Below are positions 59,558 to 64,000 of a DNA stretch of 64,000 bases, piece after piece. A program made the translations under genes and the position numbers. The notes beneath the pieces were generated by a model, which saw nothing but the letters and a program-made list of their open reading frames with translations, was not told the DNA's origin and did no database searches. Source of the stretch: Rhynchopus sp. YZ270_cl-10 (lineage: Eukaryota); contig OZ037841.1 of NCBI GenBank assembly GCA_964035575.1, forward strand, positions 248,001 through 312,000, given 5' to 3'. Positions within the stretch are counted from its first letter, which is position 1, and each line of letters starts with the position of its first letter.

Positions 59558-60571
59558 TCACAGCTCCTCCTCCTCAACCACCCGCCCTGTTGCTTCGCTG
59601 ATGCGTTCTAACAATGAAGCGCCACGTTTCATGCCACGTGCCTCATTGTCAAATGCGTCCTGACCAATCTCCCATATCATGAGCCCACCTAGGTTGTGTT
59701 CAGAGGCAAGCTTTGCTTTGGCGGCAAGGGTGCTGCGGCCGTTGAAGTAGTCGTCACCGATTTGGTCCGTGGAGTCTGCAGGGGTGTGTTGGCGGTAGAG
59801 GTCCTCATAGGTTTTCCAGTCGCCGGAGTGGATGTTGCGGCTGTAGAAGGGCAGGCCGAGACACACCTTGTCCATGTGCAGTCCTGCTGCCTTAGCAGTT
59901 TGTATGGTAGAAACAGCCAGCCCCATAGTAGAATGCTTGCCGTTCTGGTCGTAGCTCATTGCTAATAGAGCGTCAACGTTGTGCTGCAGTTTTGCCATTT
60001 CTTTCTCTTGGCGGCCATCTGGGTAGTAAGCGACGGTGATCGTTTTTGATGGAAAGAGTGTCCGCGTTTCGGAGACCAAAGAAGCAAGGCCGGCCCACTC
60101 CTTTGCGTTTCGTGGGTATTCCCAGTTGTAGTCAACGCCGTCGAGTTGTTTGTCATTGAGGAGGGTCGAGAGGGCGGAGAGAAAGCGCTTCCGTTTGGAA
60201 GGTGTGGTTGCCATGTCAGGGAAGCCTGCGGTGCGGGAGTTCCCGCCGAAGGAAATGAGGAGTTTCATGCCTGTAGCGGTGCGGGCTGTGTGTGCGTAGC
60301 GCAGTGCGCTGTCTGAGGGGAATCGGTCCATTGCGCTGAGTGCTCCATCGGTAGTGATCTCCAGAGAGAAGATAATAAGGTGCGACACATGCTCCCCCAG
60401 GGCCGTCCAGCGGTAGCTCTGCTCCTCTTCGGGCCAGCGGAGGAACCGCCACTCCGGGAGGTACCCGTACACTGCAAGGGGTGTGCCGGATGAGGGCGTT
60501 GCTGCTGTCGCGAGGCCTTCGATGGCACCGTTCCCTATGAAGACGAGAAGCAGAAATGTCAAAATGTGCAT
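59558..60571 (-). CDS. Secreted GH18 glycosidase (chitinase-like)
   Basis: Signal peptide; GH18 motifs LLISFGG, LDGVDYNWEYP, MSYD, LGLPFY and LGGLMIWEI. Confidence 0.92.
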   Translation of the reverse strand: MHILTFLLLVFIGNGAIEGLATAATPSSGTPLAVYGYLPEWRFLRWPEEEQSYRWTALGEHVSHLIIFSLEITTDGALSAMDRFPSDSALRYAHTARTATGMKLLISFGGNSRTAGFPDMATTPSKRKRFLSALSTLLNDKQLDGVDYNWEYPRNAKEWAGLASLVSETRTLFPSKTITVAYYPDGRQEKEMAKLQHNVDALLAMSYDQNGKHSTMGLAVSTIQTAKAAGLHMDKVCLGLPFYSRNIHSGDWKTYEDLYRQHTPADSTDQIGDDYFNGRSTLAAKAKLASEHNLGGLMIWEIGQDAFDNEARGMKRGASLLERISEATGRVVEEEEL

Positions 60572-61853
60572 TTTTTTTGGGGGGGGATGGCAGCGGTGGA
60601 GAAGAGTGTTTGGGTCGGTACCCTGATAAGATTGTATAGGAGGGATTGCAGAAGAGTAGGAATGACCCAGAGAAGTTGGAAGTGCAACAATGCCGTTTCA
60701 TAGGCAATAGAGACTGCGTGAAGGTGGCAGCTCAGAGAAAAACCAGCAAGAAACCCGCTTTTTTTTTTGGACCCGATTTCACAAAAAAAAAAAAAAAAAA
60801 ATGGCCCCCGAGAGAAGACCGCCCCCCCGATTTCGGGAAAGCCCTAAAAGAATAGAGAACGTAGTTGAAAGTGCAAAACCGCCTTTTTTAAAGGTTGTAT
60901 GCAAAAATAGGTCCCACCACACAACAAAAAGACACACGACACACATCCCTGACTAACAAGGAGAAAGCAGGGGAGAAACTAGCAAAAGAGATACAACTCC
61001 TGCAAGAAGATGACCTTTACCACTCTTTCAAAAAAAATAAAAAGCTATAACTAAAAGGAGACAAAAGGGTTCGACCACTGTTTTTCGGGCCCTGTTTCTT
61101 GCCAAAAAAACGACCACATAATGGAGAAAAAGTTGACAGTTGAATACACCTTTCCCAGACAATCGGTGGACTAACACAAAGCGAGCAAACCTTCAAAATG
61201 TGATCTCACTCCTGTGCGCCACAACTGTGTGGGAAGGGGGGAAACACTCAGTCTAGAACAGAGGAGACAAACGGTCGTAAGGCACTTTTTTTTTATTGCC
61301 GCTCGTAGGAGAACAACGATAGCATGACTGGTGCTCCGGGAGGGGTCGATATTGACAGGTCGCTGACACAGGGACTCTATACACACACCCTGATATTGAC
61401 ACGTCGCTGACAGGTCGTTGACCGACTTCCGAAAGCACTAATGACATGAACATTTTTTTGCCCCTAGTTTTTTTTTACTCCCAGTGGGCTGGCAGATTTA
61501 GGGGGTACGAAGGTGGTTTTTCTTTTGCCAAAAAAAGACCACCAAAAAAACATAGAAAAAAAACTTAAGCCTTTATGCTTAGGAGAATGGAGGCTCTGGT
61601 CCAAAAAAAAAACAAACTGCAACATACGAAAATGGCCGAGTGAAATGAAGGAGAAACTTGCTACTCTTACTCCTCTGTTCTCTCGACAGCAATTTTATCG
61701 TTTTTTTTTTGGCAGAGACTCATTTTTTAGTTGAGTTGGTAATCAAAAAATAAAGAAAGTGGGAAAAACAAGAAGTTGAAAGTACAAAGCGCCTCACAAA
61801 AGAAAGAAAAATTTGTACGAGATGCTTCGTCATCATCTGGAAGAAATAGAATA

Positions 61854-61966
61854 CAGTAGGACAAGTGATATTGGCGACCATCAATAAAAGAAAAGGTCGC
61901 CAATTGCAAGAAAAAATCCCCCAAAATCCGCCAATTATTTAGTCGCCAAGTTTCTTTGTCCTACTG
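61854..61966. mobile_element. 113-bp TA-flanked MITE, same family as 17018-17466 in the opposite orientation
   Basis: TA|CAGTAGGACAAGTGATATTGGCGACC ... GTCGCCAAGTTTCTTTGTCCTACTG|TA. Confidence 0.85.
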
Positions 61967-62432
61967 TACCCTTTTCTCCCAGTCCTATGTGTTCTCCCCT
62001 CTTCCACAGTTTGGTGGCAGCCGCCGGTCGATGACCGATCGACCGCAATTTTTTTTTGCTAGAATGACGGAAAGAAAACGGAGTTAGCAGGCGGTGGGGG
62101 AGGAAACAGAAAAACAAAAAACAAAAAAAAACTTTTTTTTGAGAAGAGGAGAAACTCCCCTTTGACAAAATGAGAGAGATAAAGAGACCACGCTATATTT
62201 CATAAAACGCACTGACTTTTCTCCGCTCTTTTTTTCCTTTTCCCTTTTTTTTTTCCTCGCTATCCTTCCCTTTTCTCCCTCTGCTGGGGCTAGTTTTGCG
62301 TTTATTTTTGATGAAGAACAGCAATTGTATGGTTACCATCTACCAACAATAGCTATCAATCACCACACCGATCCTATACCAGGATTCTTTTTCAGGTCAT
62401 TTCGTGGACTAAGTCCCACCTTCCTTTCATGC

Positions 62433-64000
62433 TCAAGCGTTCATAATCTTTTTCACAGCCAAGAGAAGAACACAGAGCACACTCAGCTTCGTGGCAGCGC
62501 TGACAGCACCCCTGTATGCACGCGGCACGAAACCCTTAACGCTGGCCCTCAGGAACACATCGTACAGCCAGCCCGGGTGCGGGAAGGGGGGGATCGGTCC
62601 GTCACGCTTGATGAGCGAGTCCTGGTCGATCACAGAGCGCTTGTGGGTGAACTCATCGAAGCCCCACTTTCCGTGCGAGCAGCCTGCAGAATTGGGGAAA
62701 TAAATGTCAGATAATTGTAGCTGTTTGCCATACCCATTCCGCTCGATCCAGTTCCTCCAAAGGGAAGGTGGGCGTTGGAGTACTGCTCCACGCAGGTGTT
62801 GATGCCGACTCCTCCTGACTGCGATCCGGCAAGGAGCTGTGTGTTGGTGTTTTATTTTTTTTGCATCGACAATCACCCTAAGTACTCACCTTGGCGGGGC
62901 ACTCAATGTTGTCTCCATGTCTTGATGGACAAATTAAGGGGTTTTTTTGTATTCAATGTGTTTTTGTACGAATCATACCTTCTGCTGGAACGCTTTGTTC
63001 TGCGAGAAGATGTAGAACGCAAGCGGCTTGTCGCAGACCTTGTGCACGATCTTGAGGATCTCGTCGTCGTTCTTGTACGTCACAATGGGGAGCACGGGTC
63101 CGAAGATCTCCTCCTTGAGGATGGGCTGGTCGAGGTCCTCGGGGAGCAGGATTGTTGGGGGGAAGAAGCGGTTTTCTGCGTCCACTGTGTCGACGCCTCC
63201 GATGACCACACGGCCCTTAGTGTTGCGCACAAGGTCAGCAATGCGGGTCACGTGGCGGTCGCTGATGACACGGCCAAGATCCTTCGACTTCTTCGGGTCC
63301 GCTCCGAACTGTGCCTCTGCGTCCTTAACCAAAGCCTTGATCAGCTCCTCCTTGCGGTCCTCGTGGACAATAATGTAGTCCGGCGCAATGCACGTCTGCC
63401 CAACGTTCCACCACTTAAAGAACGACACTCTGTTCGTCACGACATCCAGCCTCGCGGTCTTGTCAACAATACACGGCGACTTTCCTCCCAGCTCCAGGGT
63501 CACCGGGGTCAGGTGGTCGGATGCTGCACGCATCACGATCTTACCAACCGCACCGTTTCCTGTGAAGAAGATGTGGTCCCAGTGCAGCTTGAGGAGCGCT
63601 GTGGTCTCGGGGACTGCACCCTGCACGACCTTGACGCAGGCAGGGTCGAGGTATTTGGTGACGAGCTGTTCGATGACCTTGGCGCAGTGTGTCGACACTT
63701 CCGAGGGCTTGATCACAACACAGTTTCCTGCGGCAATGGCAGACACCAGAGGACCAAAGCAGAGGTCAACGGGGTAGTTCCAGGGTGCAATGAGCAGCAT
63801 CACTCCCTTCGGCTCCCTGCGGATGTAGGACGACGCAAGGCGTGTTGGGCAGGTGAGGAAGGGTGTCGTCACCTTCTCATCTGCGGTCCAGCTGTTCAGG
63901 TTGGACAAGGCAAAGCCTGCAGCACCGTGCGCTCCGAAGTCGCCCAGGGCACGGACATTGGACCCACCCAGGTCCTGTCTGACAGCGTTCGCAATGAGGT
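62433..64000 (-). CDS. Family-3 (fatty) aldehyde dehydrogenase, 5' end outside the window
   Basis: Motifs PWNYP, KPSE, FTGNGAVG, LELGGKSP, GQTCIAPDY and EEIFGP. Introns 62837-62978 and 62684-62733 restore LPFGGTGSSGMG..HGKWGFDEFTHKRS. Hydrophobic C-terminal anchor. Confidence 0.93.

Noticed and set aside
61323..61448. Degenerate inverted repeat with internal GATATTGACA repeats; similar weak case at 16250-16335
   Set aside because: TIRs too decayed and no TSD or second copy.

Overview
Eukaryotic (protist-type) genomic DNA. All 13 supportable protein genes lie head-to-tail on the minus strand and have canonical GT-AG introns. This layout suggests a polycistronic, trans-splicing organism such as a euglenozoan (diplomenid/kinetoplastid-like); that is inference. 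1-36.5 kb is a tandem array of seven paralogous type I membrane proteins built from shuffled ~355-aa Cys-rich modules that end in a CUB-like domain, several with an EGF-like + SEA-like stalk. Next come a repeat-rich coiled-coil gene, an intron-rich Cys-rich membrane protein, a hypothetical protein, an OTU deubiquitinase (WW/UIM), a GH18 glycosidase and a family-3 aldehyde dehydrogenase. Non-coding DNA holds many non-autonomous DNA transposons with visible TIRs and TSDs (TA, TTA, TTAA, ATAT and GA types). Some are nested, one is a ~640-bp-arm foldback inside an intron, and two carry the same satellite-seeding module. The most unusual signal is a dispersed family of ~15 short (~30 nt) intergenic hairpins, all in one orientation, whose G-U pairing works only on the gene (minus) strand. 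All alignments, folds and counts were made by eye; coordinates may be off by a few bases.
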